Part shown: piece by piece, positions 50,531 to 61,349 of the stretch
Position numbering within the stretch: position 1 is the stretch's first letter
Layout: each line of letters opens with the position of its first letter
From: Malacoraja senta
Taxonomy: Eukaryota
Reading direction: 5' to 3'
Length of the DNA: 64,000 nt
NCBI GenBank assembly: GCA_038087875.1
Contig: CM075991.1
Span: 248,001 to 312,000, forward strand
Program-made: the position numbers and the translations under genes
The notes under the pieces: model-generated
The model's input: only the letters and a program-made list of their open reading frames with translations
Told to the model about the DNA's origin: nothing
Databases searched by the model: none

Positions 50531-51271
50531 TAGGACACTAAAGAGTGTGGAAGTTAGTTATGACCTACAGGCCCTCAGCGATTAATTAATTACATACGCA
50601 CAGTAATTAACCCGAACCGTGTCAGTCTTGCATTCGCAGGTATTGGAAACCCAGAAGCCACTGCCAGTTGAACACAGACACAGTCCATATTACTGGGAGA
50701 CTACGTACTGATATGGTACAGGGATCGGACGAAATTGGGACTGTGTTGGAGGGGACTGTACCAGGTGCTACTACGACACCAACTGCCGTGAAGATTGAAG
50801 ATCACCTCCGTTGGAGACATCTGATATGATTGAATGGACGTGAACCAAAAAAGGACAATGGAGCTATTGACCCTCCTTTTATCCTGAGGTTGGCCAGATG
50901 GGCTGGACTTGGGGAACAACTCCTGCATCAAGCCATCCTGAGTAAGGCTGACAACTGTCCTATACGTTTATAACACTGACCAAGGTGGATCCATTACCAC
51001 AGGTTCTTGACGTAACCAGAGAAAGGTGGCAGCTGATCCTAGAGCTACAGACAGAACTGAAACAGATGAAAAATATGCTCACCAATGCGCAGTCTGAAAA
51101 TGACCATCTCGCTTCCATCACACTGCAGCTGAAGGAGAGTAATCAGGTTGTGGAGTTGAAAAGCTTTGATTTTGAAGTGCAACTCACTTACAGAACTGGA
51201 TTGAGGTAAATCCCAGCCGGGATCAAAGTGAGGGGCTGAGTAAGGATGGATCAGACAGACAGTTCGCATTG

Positions 51272-51470
51272 ATGGAGAAGGAAGAAGAATGCTGCTTTCA
51301 CACGCTGATGGACAACTTCAGAGAAAGAACGCCTTTACAGATCAGGAGGAAGTGCAAAGCCTTTGGTCACAACTTCGGAAAGACGAACCACATTTGATCA
51401 AAGAAATTGAAGCATATCAAGCTCTATTATGTGACCAAGGGTCCAGAGAGAGAGAAGCTGAACATTTTTA
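51272..51470 (+). pseudogene. Intronless CRACR2A/CRACR2B/Rab44-family fragment
   Basis: EKEEECCFHTLMDNF/..NAFTDQEEVQSLWSQLRKDEPHLIKEIEAY aligns, with one frameshift, to recalled CRACR2A [47 protein letters not shown]. Confidence 0.6.
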
Positions 51471-51496
51471 AATAGCTGGACCTCTTGAGAGACATT

Positions 51497-52352
51497 ATGC
51501 ATTACTCTGACCAGGAAGACAATGACTCAGACCAGGTGATAATCAGTGTGATGACAATTAGGACATCGATGAGGATGGCAATGATGGCATTCCTGATGAA
51601 AAGGACAATTGCCGTCTTGTTGGGGTGGCAGATTGCAACGTGGTCCGCCCTGTTTCGACGAATGATATCAACACGGAGTGCACAATCAAATAAGATCAAA
51701 TAGAACAAGTTGTCCTACAACTTTAGGCTGTGCATGCCATGCGCAAGAAGAAGCCGTCTTATTCTCAACACTGACCAGATAGATGCCGATGGTGACGGCA
51801 GAGCACAGACCAGCAAGGATGACTTTGACAACATCCCAGATATCTATGACATGTGCCCCGAGAACAGCGCCATCAGCGAGACTCACCTGAGGAAGGTCCA
51901 ACGGGGACGATGCAGATCGATCCTAACTGGGTATTGTGCAACCAGGGCAGGGAGTTGCTGCAGACCGACAACTCTGACCCAGGCCTTGCTGTCAGATTCG
52001 AGGAGTTCAACACCATCAACTTCAGTGGCACATTCTACGTCAACACAGACCGCAATCTACGGTGGCTTTGTCTTTGGCTTACAGTCCAACAGCTGCTTCT
52101 ACGTGGTGATGTGGAAGTAGGTCCCTGGGAGGAGAAGCCATCCAAAGCCCATGGATACGCTGAAGGGCTCCACCAAGGGACGGGAGGGGGAAGCAGCTGT
52201 GAAATGCTCTCCAGCACACAGGCAACACCCTCGGATTGGTGCGAACTTTATGGCACGACCCCAAGAATATTGGCTGAAAGGATTACACCACGTAAAGGTG
52301 GCACCTGATCCATCAACCCTAAACATGCTTCATCAGGGTGGTGGTCAATGAA
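51497..52352 (+). pseudogene. Intronless thrombospondin-1/2-like fragment (type 3 repeats plus C-terminal domain)
   Basis: [110 protein letters not shown]; stops and small deletions; no introns. Confidence 0.9.
51619..51752 (+). mobile_element. 134-bp non-LTR-type insertion with (AAG)n tail inside the thrombospondin fragment
   Basis: 8-bp TSD GCCGTCTT at 51611-51618 and 51753-51760; removal restores [19 protein letters not shown]. Confidence 0.8.
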
Positions 52353-52931
52353 GAGAGTGAGAACTGGTGGCCAAACCTTTGGTTTGATGGACTTTGAGGT
52401 ACGGTGATACATTATGGCTTTATCATTCTGCTGATCATTGCTCTGATTTTTATTATTAAATGCTTGCGACCATTGTGTGCCTACTGAGGCCTGTGAATGT
52501 TATCATGTTACAATAAAAAGGAGGGAATGAAAAAGTTAATATAGTCAAATCTAATAGTATTCACAAAATACACAAAATGGAGTCATTCTTCTTACTAATT
52601 AAGATGGAAACTAAGAACAAATGGTCTGTGAAGGACAATTGTGCCTCGTCTAAAGTGACTCCATGCCAAGTCTGTATAATATTGCTGACTTTGCAGATAA
52701 GTAATGCAGTACCCAAAATGGAGTAAAAGGTTGGCGTTTTGATATAGAAATTAAAATGGAAACTTGCAGTATAACATGTGCTTATCCAAGGCCATGAAGA
52801 AGGACTATGAGCCAATGACACTGAAAAGATAACCGATAACTTGTTATTGGAGGAGCTTGGTTTAGATTACTTGAATTCTTAAAGGCTTGCCATATTCAGA
52901 CTTGGTAGGAGTGTTTTACTGATGAGAAAAA

Positions 52932-53715
52932 CTAGACTAAGTGGGACACGTTGGGTCCCATGTTCACACGGGAGGGTTGGTCCCCCAAAGCAATATTCCA
53001 CCTCTCCACCAATTTGCTTTCTGGAGTGCTAGTATGGGTGCTGAGGGCCGAAAGGACTGGTTTCCAGAGGGCTAGTATGGACATTGTGGGCCGAATGGAT
53101 TCTTGGGCTGGCAGCTCAGTCACTCAGGCCTGGTGGGCAGGCCCCTCAGTCACTCAGGCCTGGTGGGCTGGCAGCTCAGTCACTCGGACCTGGTGGGCTG
53201 GCAGCTCAGTCACAGGGCTGGTGGGCTGGCAGCTCAGTTACTCAGGGCTGGTGGACTGGCAGATCAGTCACTCAGGGCTGCTGGGCTGGCAGTTCACTCA
53301 CGGCTATTCCTTGAAATTCCATTTCAAGCAGAGTACAGGCCACCAAATTCAATTTCATAGCGTTTCAAGCAGAGTGCTGGCCACCAAATTCAGTTTCATA
53401 GCGTTTCAAGCAGAGTGCAGGCCACCATATTCAGTTTCATAGCGTTTCAAGCAGTGCAGGCCACGAAATTCAATTTCATAGCGTTGCAAGCAGAGTGCAG
53501 GCCACCAAATTCAGTTTCATAGCGTTTCAAGCAGTGCGCAGGCCACCAAATTCAGTTTCATAGCGTTTCAAGCAGAGTGCAGGCCACCAAATTCAGTTTC
53601 ATAGCGTTTCAAGCAGAGTGAAGGCCACCAAATTCAATTTCATAACATTTCAAGCAGAGTGCAAGCCTCCAAATTCAATTTCATAGCATTTCAAGCAGTG
53701 TGCAGGCCAACCAAT
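52932..53715 (-). mobile_element. Helitron 3' portion (same family as 48644-50530) with minisatellite of about 41 bp
   Basis: CTAG at 52932-52935; hairpin gggacacgttgggtccc; reverse-complement similarity to 50200-50530. Confidence 0.8.
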
Positions 53716-53754
53716 TGCCAAACAACTCATTGCATCTTCATCGTGGCTGCACGA

Positions 53755-55970
53755 GGATCGGGCCTGGGAACTAAATATTCAGGGTTATACATCCTATAGA
53801 AAGGACAGGCAGGTGGGCAGAGGAGTGGGGTATCTCTGCTGGTGAGAGATGGAATTCAGTCCCTTGCAGGAGAAGACATAGGGACTGACGAGGTAGAGTC
53901 ACTGTGGATTGAGTTGAAGAATTGTAAAGGCAAGAAGACATTAATTGGTGTTATCTACAGACCCCCAAATAGTAACCTGGATGCAGGGTGTAAGTTGCAG
54001 CAGGAGATAAAACTGGCATGTAACAAAGGTAATGCCACTGTGGTGATGGGGGATTTCAATATGCAGGTAGACTGGGAAAATCAGGTTGGTTCAGGACCCA
54101 AAGAAAGAGAGTTTGCAGAATGCCTCCGAGATGGATTCTTAGAGCAGTTTGTAATGGAGCCGACCAGAGAAAAGGCAATTCTGGATTTAGTGTTGTCCAA
54201 TGAACCAGATATGATAAGAGAACTCGAGGTAAAGGAACCGCTTGGAGGTAGTGAACATAATATGATTAGTTTTAATTTGCAATATGAGAAGGAGAAGGTT
54301 AAATCGGAAATGTCAGTGATGCAGTTGAACAAAGGGGACAATGAAGGAATGAGAGAGGAGCTGGCCAAGGTAGACTGGAAAGGGATCCTAGCAGGAATGA
54401 TGGTGGAACAGCAATGGCAGGAATTTCTGGGCATAATCCGGAAGACGCAGGATCATCTCATTCCAAAAAGTAAGAAAGATTCTAAGGGGAGTAGGAGGCA
54501 ACCGTGGCTGACAACAGAAGTTAGGGATAGTATAACACAGCAAAGAGTAGCCGGAAGCCAGAGGATTGGGAAACTTTCATAGGACAACAGAAGGAAACAA
54601 AACAGGCAATACGGGCTGAGAAGATGAAGTACGAAGGGAAGCTGGCCAGGAATATAAAGAAGGACAGTAAAAGCTTCTTTTGATATGTTAAGGGAAAAAG
54701 AATAGCAAAGTCAAATGTGGGTCCCTTGAATGCAGACACGGGTGAAATTATTATGGGTAACAAGGAAATGGCTGAAGAGTAGAACAGGTACTTCGGATCT
54801 GTCTTCACTAAGGAAGACACAAACAATCTCCCAGATGTACTGGAGGACAGAGGATCTAAGGGGGTAGAGGAACTGAAAGAAATTTTCATTCAGCGAGAAA
54901 TAGTATTGGGTAGGCTAATGGGACTGAAGGATGATAAATCCCCTGGGCCTGATGGTCTGCAGAAAATTGGTTGGCAGACAGGAAGCAAAGAGTAGTAGTG
55001 AACGGGTCCTTTTCAGAATGGCAGGCAGTGGCGAGTGGAGTGCCGCAATGCTCGGTGTAGCGGCCGCAACTGTTTACCATATATATTAATGATTTGGAAG
55101 AGGGAATTAGGAGCAACACTAGCAAGTTTGTGGATGACACAAAGCTGGGTGGCAGTGTGAACTGTGAAGAGGATGTTAGGAGGTTACAGGGTGACCGGGA
55201 CAGGTTGAGTGAGTGGGCAGATGCGTGGCAGATGCAGTATAATATAGATAAATGTGAGGTTATCCACTTTGGCGGCAAAAACAAGGGGGCAGATTATTAT
55301 CTCAATGGGGTTAGGTTAGGCAAGGGGGAGGTGCAGCGAGACCTGGGCGTCCTTGTACACCGGTCACTGAAAGTTGGCGTGCAGGTACAGCAGGCAGTGA
55401 AGAAAGCTAATGGAATGTTGGCCTTCATAACAAGAGGATTGTAGTAGAGAGGTTCTTCTGCAGTTGTATAGGGCTCTGGTAAGACCACATCTGGAGTATT
55501 GCGTACAGTTTTGGTCTCCTAATTTGAGGAAGGACATCCTTTCGATTGAGGCAGTAGGGTCACAAGATTGATCCCTGGGATGGCGGGACTGTCATATGAG
55601 GAAAGATTGAAAAGACTAGGCTTGTATTCACTGGAGTTTAGAAGGATGAGGGGGGATCTTATAGAAACATATGAAATTATAAAAGGACTGGACAAGCTAG
55701 ATGCAGGAAAAATGTTCCCAATGTTGTGCGAGTCCAAAACCAGGGGCCACAGTCCTAGAATAAAGGGGAGGCCATTTAAGACTGAGGTGCAAAAAAACTT
55801 TTTCACCCAGAAAGTTGTGAATTTGTGGAATTCCCTGCTACAGAGGGCAGTGGAGGCCAAATCACTGGATGGTTTTACGAGAGAGTTAGATAGAGCTCAA
55901 TGAATGACGATGCTGGCTCGAAGGGCCGAATGGCCTCCTCCTGCACCTATTTTCTATGTTTGTTTCTATT
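53755..55970 (+). mobile_element. CR1 LINE with internal deletion near 54960
   Basis: Endonuclease ORF 53842-54582; RT ORFs 55094-55903; tail tattttctatgtttgtttctatt. Confidence 0.92.
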
Positions 55971-56516
55971 AAGGGCTAACAAATCATTTATTGCAAGGAC
56001 ATTGCAGACTCACAGTTCAGTTGATTCAGAGACACTCAAAGAGTAAATCACTTGAGAGCCCACTTTCAAACAAAGAGTCGCCTCTTTTTATGGCATCTAT
56101 TTGTCCCACCCCCGCTGCATTTTCATACCCAATCACTTGCAGCCATTCCCTTATCGATAACCAATTACCTGCATCCAGTTTCTCCCCTCCGTCCCCAGTT
56201 ATTTTCCATTTCGTAATCCCTATTTAAACCACATGACTTCTCCTTTCTTGGGCCCTCTTATTTCTCTTAGCTAGGGCTTGATACAGTTACAAAGGTCATA
56301 TATCTGTCACAAATGATTTACGCTAAGTGCTGCGAGAGAAGAACCCAAAGTTTATTTTCCTATCTTAGGCATCCCTTATCTCTCTTAGTCATCCCAGCTA
56401 GGGTTGTTACAGAGTTACAAAGGTCATCTAACAGTCACAACGGATTTACGCTAATTACTGAGCTCGCTACGAGGGAAGAACCCAAGTGCCTTCCCCCGAT
56501 TTGTATAAACAAAACA
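55971..56516 (-). mobile_element. Possible solo LTR
   Basis: Starts TG on the minus strand, has an internal direct repeat and AATAAA about 17 bp from the end, TATT on both flanks; lacks terminal CA. Confidence 0.35.
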
Positions 56517-56701
56517 TATTTTGCACACTAATCTCTTGTGTGGGACTTTGTCAAAGGCTATTTGAAAGTCCAGATACACTATATCAACTGGCTCACCGTT
56601 ATCCATTCTACTTGTTACATCCTCAAAAAATTCCAGAAGTTTAGTCAAGCATGATTTCCCCTTCATAAATGAATGCTGACTTTGACCGATCCTGTTGTCA
56701 C

Positions 56702-59700
56702 TGTCTTGTTATTCTTAAAATGAGGCTCGTACAACGTCGTAATCGGAGTCTGTCTTTATTTAGCAACTCTGTACAGGAGCAGCCTCCTGTGTAAGCCTGG
56801 GCCCGGCAGCCTCGTGTGTTCCCGGTTCCCCCCACAGCCCCAACTTCAGGCCGGATGCCGTCACTGCAGCCTGACCACTGGCAGCAGCGCCACCCTCCGG
56901 TTACTACAAAATAAAGGCATTCCTTACACTATTATTCCATAATACCACATCTCCCTTTCTTTGAGAACAAAGGGTGGACTACCTTTGTCTCTGCAGGTCT
57001 TAAGCGGTTTATTCTGCCCTTTTGCTGGAAGACCTGTCCCTGATCTGTCCCTGTTTCAAGCAAATCAATAAATCACCAATCAAGTGTCTGCGGCTTTCTA
57101 ACCTCTCTCCCACACCTGGTCCGCACAGTCTCTGTGGTGGGGCCCTCTCTGCTGGGTGATGTTGTCACTGGTGGAGCTGGCTCTGGTGTAGGTGAATCTT
57201 CTCCCACCGGTGGCTCATCAGCGTCGACTACCCCACTGTTGGTCTGCAGCAGCACCAAGTGATGCCGGTTCCTCCTCAGTGTGCCCTGAGGCACCTGGAC
57301 GATATAAGAACGAGGGGTGTTGTGTGTAGATAGCACTGTGCCCTGGACTCGTGCATCGGTGATCCACACATCCTCCCCAGGTACGAGTGGCTCCAGGTTT
57401 CTCGCTCCGTGCCTCTTGTCGACGGATCTTGCGTCGTTCCTCCTCTTCTCCCTTTCTTTGGCCCCCAGCGCGTTGTAGTCAGGCAAAACTGGATTCAGCA
57501 GGGTTGGAAGGGCAGGAACTGTAGTGCGGAGGCGGCGCCCCATCAACAGCTCGGCCGGGCTATAGCCGTTCTGTAGAGGGGTTGCTCTGTAGGCCAGCAA
57601 TGCAAGATATGGGTCTGATGCCTTTGTTAGCAGGTTTTTCACGGTTTGTACAGCGCGTTCCGCCTCCCGATTGCTCTGAGGAAACTTGGGGCTGCTCGTG
57701 GTGTGCACAAAGCCATACTCTGCTGCAAAGGCTTTAAAGTGGCTACCTGAGAACTGGGGCCCATTGTCACTTTTAAGAAATTCCCCAATTCCATGACGAG
57801 AAAACATGGATTTCAGGTGCACCACCACATCTGTGGACCTTGTGTGTGTCAGCAGCGCAACTTCCACATACCTTGAGAAATAATCTACTACTAGTAGATA
57901 AGTCTTGTTTTTCAGCGTGAACAGGTCAGCTCCCAAGGTTTGCCAAGGCCTGTCTGGCATCTCCGTTGGCATCAGCGGCTCTTTGACGTTCCTTCTCTCT
58001 TGGATGCAGGTTCTACATTTCAGCACCATGTCATTCAGCTGGCTGCTGAGTCCTGGCCACCATACCGTCTGTTTGGCCCGGCCCCTGCACTTTGTCACCC
58101 CCAGGTGTCCCTCATGTAGTCTCTGCAGCACATCACCTTGTAAGGCTGATGGGATGACGAGCCTCGTGCCCCGCAGCAGCAGCCCATCATGCACAGTCAG
58201 CACTGCTCTATCAGCCCAGTAATGTCTCAGCACTCCCTGCAGTTGGCTTTTGTCGGGCCAGCCGTCTGTGCAGTACTCCATCAGTGCAGAGCATGTGCTG
58301 TCTGCCTTCAGGTGCTCACGTAGGCTGCTCAGATAATCTCCACTGACAGGAATGTTGCTGATGACAGAGTCTACATAGATGTTGGTGTCCTCTAATAGGC
58401 TTGTGTCTGTGTGTGCTCTTGCGGCTCTCAGAGGAGCACGACATAAGGTGTCGACTGTCCACAGGCTTTTGCCAGGGACATGATTGACTGTATAGTTGTA
58501 CCTCATGAGTCTCATCCTAAATCTTTGGATTCTTGGTGGGTCATCCAAAGCTTTCCTTCCCAGCAGACTCACCAATGGCTTATGGTCAGTTTCCAGCTCG
58601 AATGGTCTTCCCAGGATGAAACAGCTGAACCTTTCACATGCCCACATTGCAGCCAATGCCTCCTTCTCTACTTGCGCATAGCGCTGCTCTGTTGGCTTCA
58701 TTGACCTGGACGCATATGCCACAGGTGCCACATGGCATCGCTCTTCTGCAGCAGGACTGCCCCCAGGCCAAAGGAAGAGGCATCAGCAGAGATCTTTAGA
58801 GCACTGTTTGGGTTGTAGAATGTGAGCACTGGTGTGGATGACAGCTCTGTTTTTAACTGATCAAAGGCGGCCTGCTGCTCTGTCCCCCAGTACCAGTGGT
58901 TCTTCTTGGACAGCAGGTCTCGTAGCACTTTGTCTTTTTCAGCCAGGTTAGGCAAGAAGCGGCCCAGCTGATTGACCATGCCCAGAAATCTCCTGAGTTC
59001 GCTGACATTTTTGGGTGCATCCATCTCTTGTACTGCTCTCGTCTTCTCTGGATCTGGCTTTACTCCATCTGCTGAAATCACATGACCCAGGAATCTGACT
59101 GTGTGGCGTGTGAGCTCACATTTGACCATGTTGAGCGTAATGCCGGCCTTTTGTGCCTTCTCTAGCACCGCATGTACCCGCACATCATGCTCCTCCTGTG
59201 TCTGTCCCCAGACCAGGATGTCATCCATGTGACACAGTACCCCCTCCAGGCCACCGGTCACTTCTGTCACCATCATCCTTTGAAAGTGCTCGGGGGCTGA
59301 TGCTATGCCAAAGGGTAGACGGTTACAATAGTAGCGCCCAAAAGGCGTGATGAAGGTGGTGTATTTGGTAAACTCTTTTGTGAATGGTACTTGCCAAAAG
59401 CCCATGTTGGCATCTAATTTGCTGAATACTGTTGCGCCAGCTAGCATGCCCAGAGTGTGCTCGACAGAAGGCAGGATAAACTTTTCTCTGCATACTGATT
59501 CATTCATCATTGTGAAATCCACACAAATGCGAACATCACCTGCTTTTTTCGGCACCACCACCATCCCGGCACACCAATCAGTCGGCTCCTCAATCTTGGT
59601 GATTACGCCCATCTTCTCCATACGGTCTATCTCCTCCTTCACTTTTCCCATAAGCGGCAGAGGGACTCTGCGTGGTGTGTGGAGAGAGAAGGGCACAGCC

Positions 59701-61343
59701 TCTGGTTTTAATTTAATTGAGTATGGCCTCAGAACAAGACCCAAGCCGCTACACAGCTTCGGATATTGTTGTTTCACTGATTCCATGGTGATGCTGTCAA
59801 CCCTGCACACAAGCTGAAGCTGTTCTATGGCAGGCCTTCCCAACAGTGCAGTGTGCAGGTCTTTTACTACATAAATGTTCTCTATGGCTGTCTTTTTGCC
59901 TCTGCGCAGTGTTTCTCTGGCTACACCTAGGACAGAGAGTGCATTGCCCCCTGGCCCAAACAACGGGCGTGTCGACTGCCAGGCACTTCACATCATGCCC
60001 CCCTGTAATGTCATGGTACACCTCGGCTGGCATGGCGGTGACATCAGCACCAGTGTCTATTTTAAAGCACACTTTTTTTTGTCTCACTTGTAGCTGCACC
60101 GTCCACGGGTCTTTTCCAGCATCCACGGCTCCCAGGAAAAAGCTCTCTTCTTCCTCTGTAGTGACAGCATTCAGAGATTTTGCACTGTTTCTGCACACTT
60201 TGCCATAATGTCCCTTTTTGCCACAGTTGTGACACACAGCATCTTTAGCAGGGCATTCCCATTTTCCATGCGAGGGCATTTTTCCACATCTATAACAGGC
60301 CTTTGAACCTGGCTGTGGCCGTGTATTAAGTTTATTTTTGCCTGGTGTTTGTGCTTGTGGCTGAGGCTTTGAGGGAAATTTGGGTTTTCTGTAGCTTTTA
60401 GCATGCACAGCATCAACATTAGAGCACTTGCTAGCACCGCCATTTTCTCCTCTTAAGTCAGACCGCTGTCGTCTAACTTCTTCAGACTGCCTTGTCTTTG
60501 TTATAGCAGTTCCAAGGGTTAGGTCTCTGTCTAGCTGTAGCTTTTCTGACAATGAGACGTTTCTCAGCCCGACCACTAACCTGTCGCAGATCAGCTCGTT
60601 CTGTAACTGTCCATAGTTGCAGTGTTCAGCTAATCCGTATAGAGCAGTGATGAAGGAATCCACCGTTTCTCCTGGCAGTTCCACACGCTGATTGAACCTG
60701 GCTCTTTCGTAGATTACATTCTTTTTAGGCACAAAAAATGCATCAAAGCCCGCCTTGACATCCGTGTACATCTTCCTCTCATCTGCAGTTAGCGTTAACC
60801 CCTTTAGCACATCTTCGGCTTCATCGCCCATGCAATACACTAACGTGTTCACCTGGTTTTCTTCCGACGTTGCGTTTAAGTTGCTTGCAAGCCGAAAGCG
60901 GTCGAATCTCCTGATCCAACGCTCCCATTCTTGAGGCTTGGTAAAATCGAATGGCTCTGGAGGTTGTATTGTGAACGTAGCAGTTGGTGTTGGTTGCGCC
61001 ATATCTGCCAGCTCATCTCACATTTCTCCGCCAAAACTATACACTTTCCGCTTCTTCTTTTTTTTTCGCTTACAAGAATCCCGTTTCTGACACCATGTCT
61101 TGTTATTCTTATAATGAGGCTCGTACAACGTCGTAATCGGAGTCTGTCTTTATTTAGCAACTCTGTACAGGAGCAGCCTCCTGTGTAAGCCTTGGCCCGG
61201 CAGCCTCGTGTGTTCCCGGTTCCCCCCACAGCCCCAACTTCAGGCCGGATGCCGTCACTGCAGCCTGACCACTGGCAGCAGCGCCACCCTCCGGTTACTA
61301 CAAAATAAAGGCATTCCTTACACTATTATTCCATAATACCACA
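56702..61343 (-). mobile_element. Young full-length Gypsy (Mag-like) LTR retrotransposon inserted in a CR1 fragment
   Basis: 248-bp LTRs 56702-56949 and 61096-61343 with 2 visible mismatches; TSD GTCAC; PBS TGGTGTCAGAA; PPT AGAAAGGGAGA; gag-pro 59797-61002 (CCHC, DTGA), RT/RNase H 58698-59963 (HMDD), integrase 57073-58731; two frameshifts. Confidence 0.97.
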
Positions 61344-61349
61344 GTCACT

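Larger units (their letters stand above)
50531..52931 (+). mobile_element. ERV 3' remnant carrying captured host cDNA fragments in place of the env ectodomain
   Basis: Integrase tail LITYAQ*LTRTVSVLHSQV..LGDYVLI..WRGLYQVLL/TTPTAVKIEDHLRWRH at 50560-50830; env-like TM at 52353-52487; PPT AAAAAGGAGGGAA at 52515-52527 followed by TG (LTR start 52528), cut by the Helitron at 52932. Confidence 0.8.

Noticed and set aside
51497..52352. Functional thrombospondin gene exons
   Set aside because: No introns, multiple stops, deletions and frameshifts; embedded in retroviral sequence
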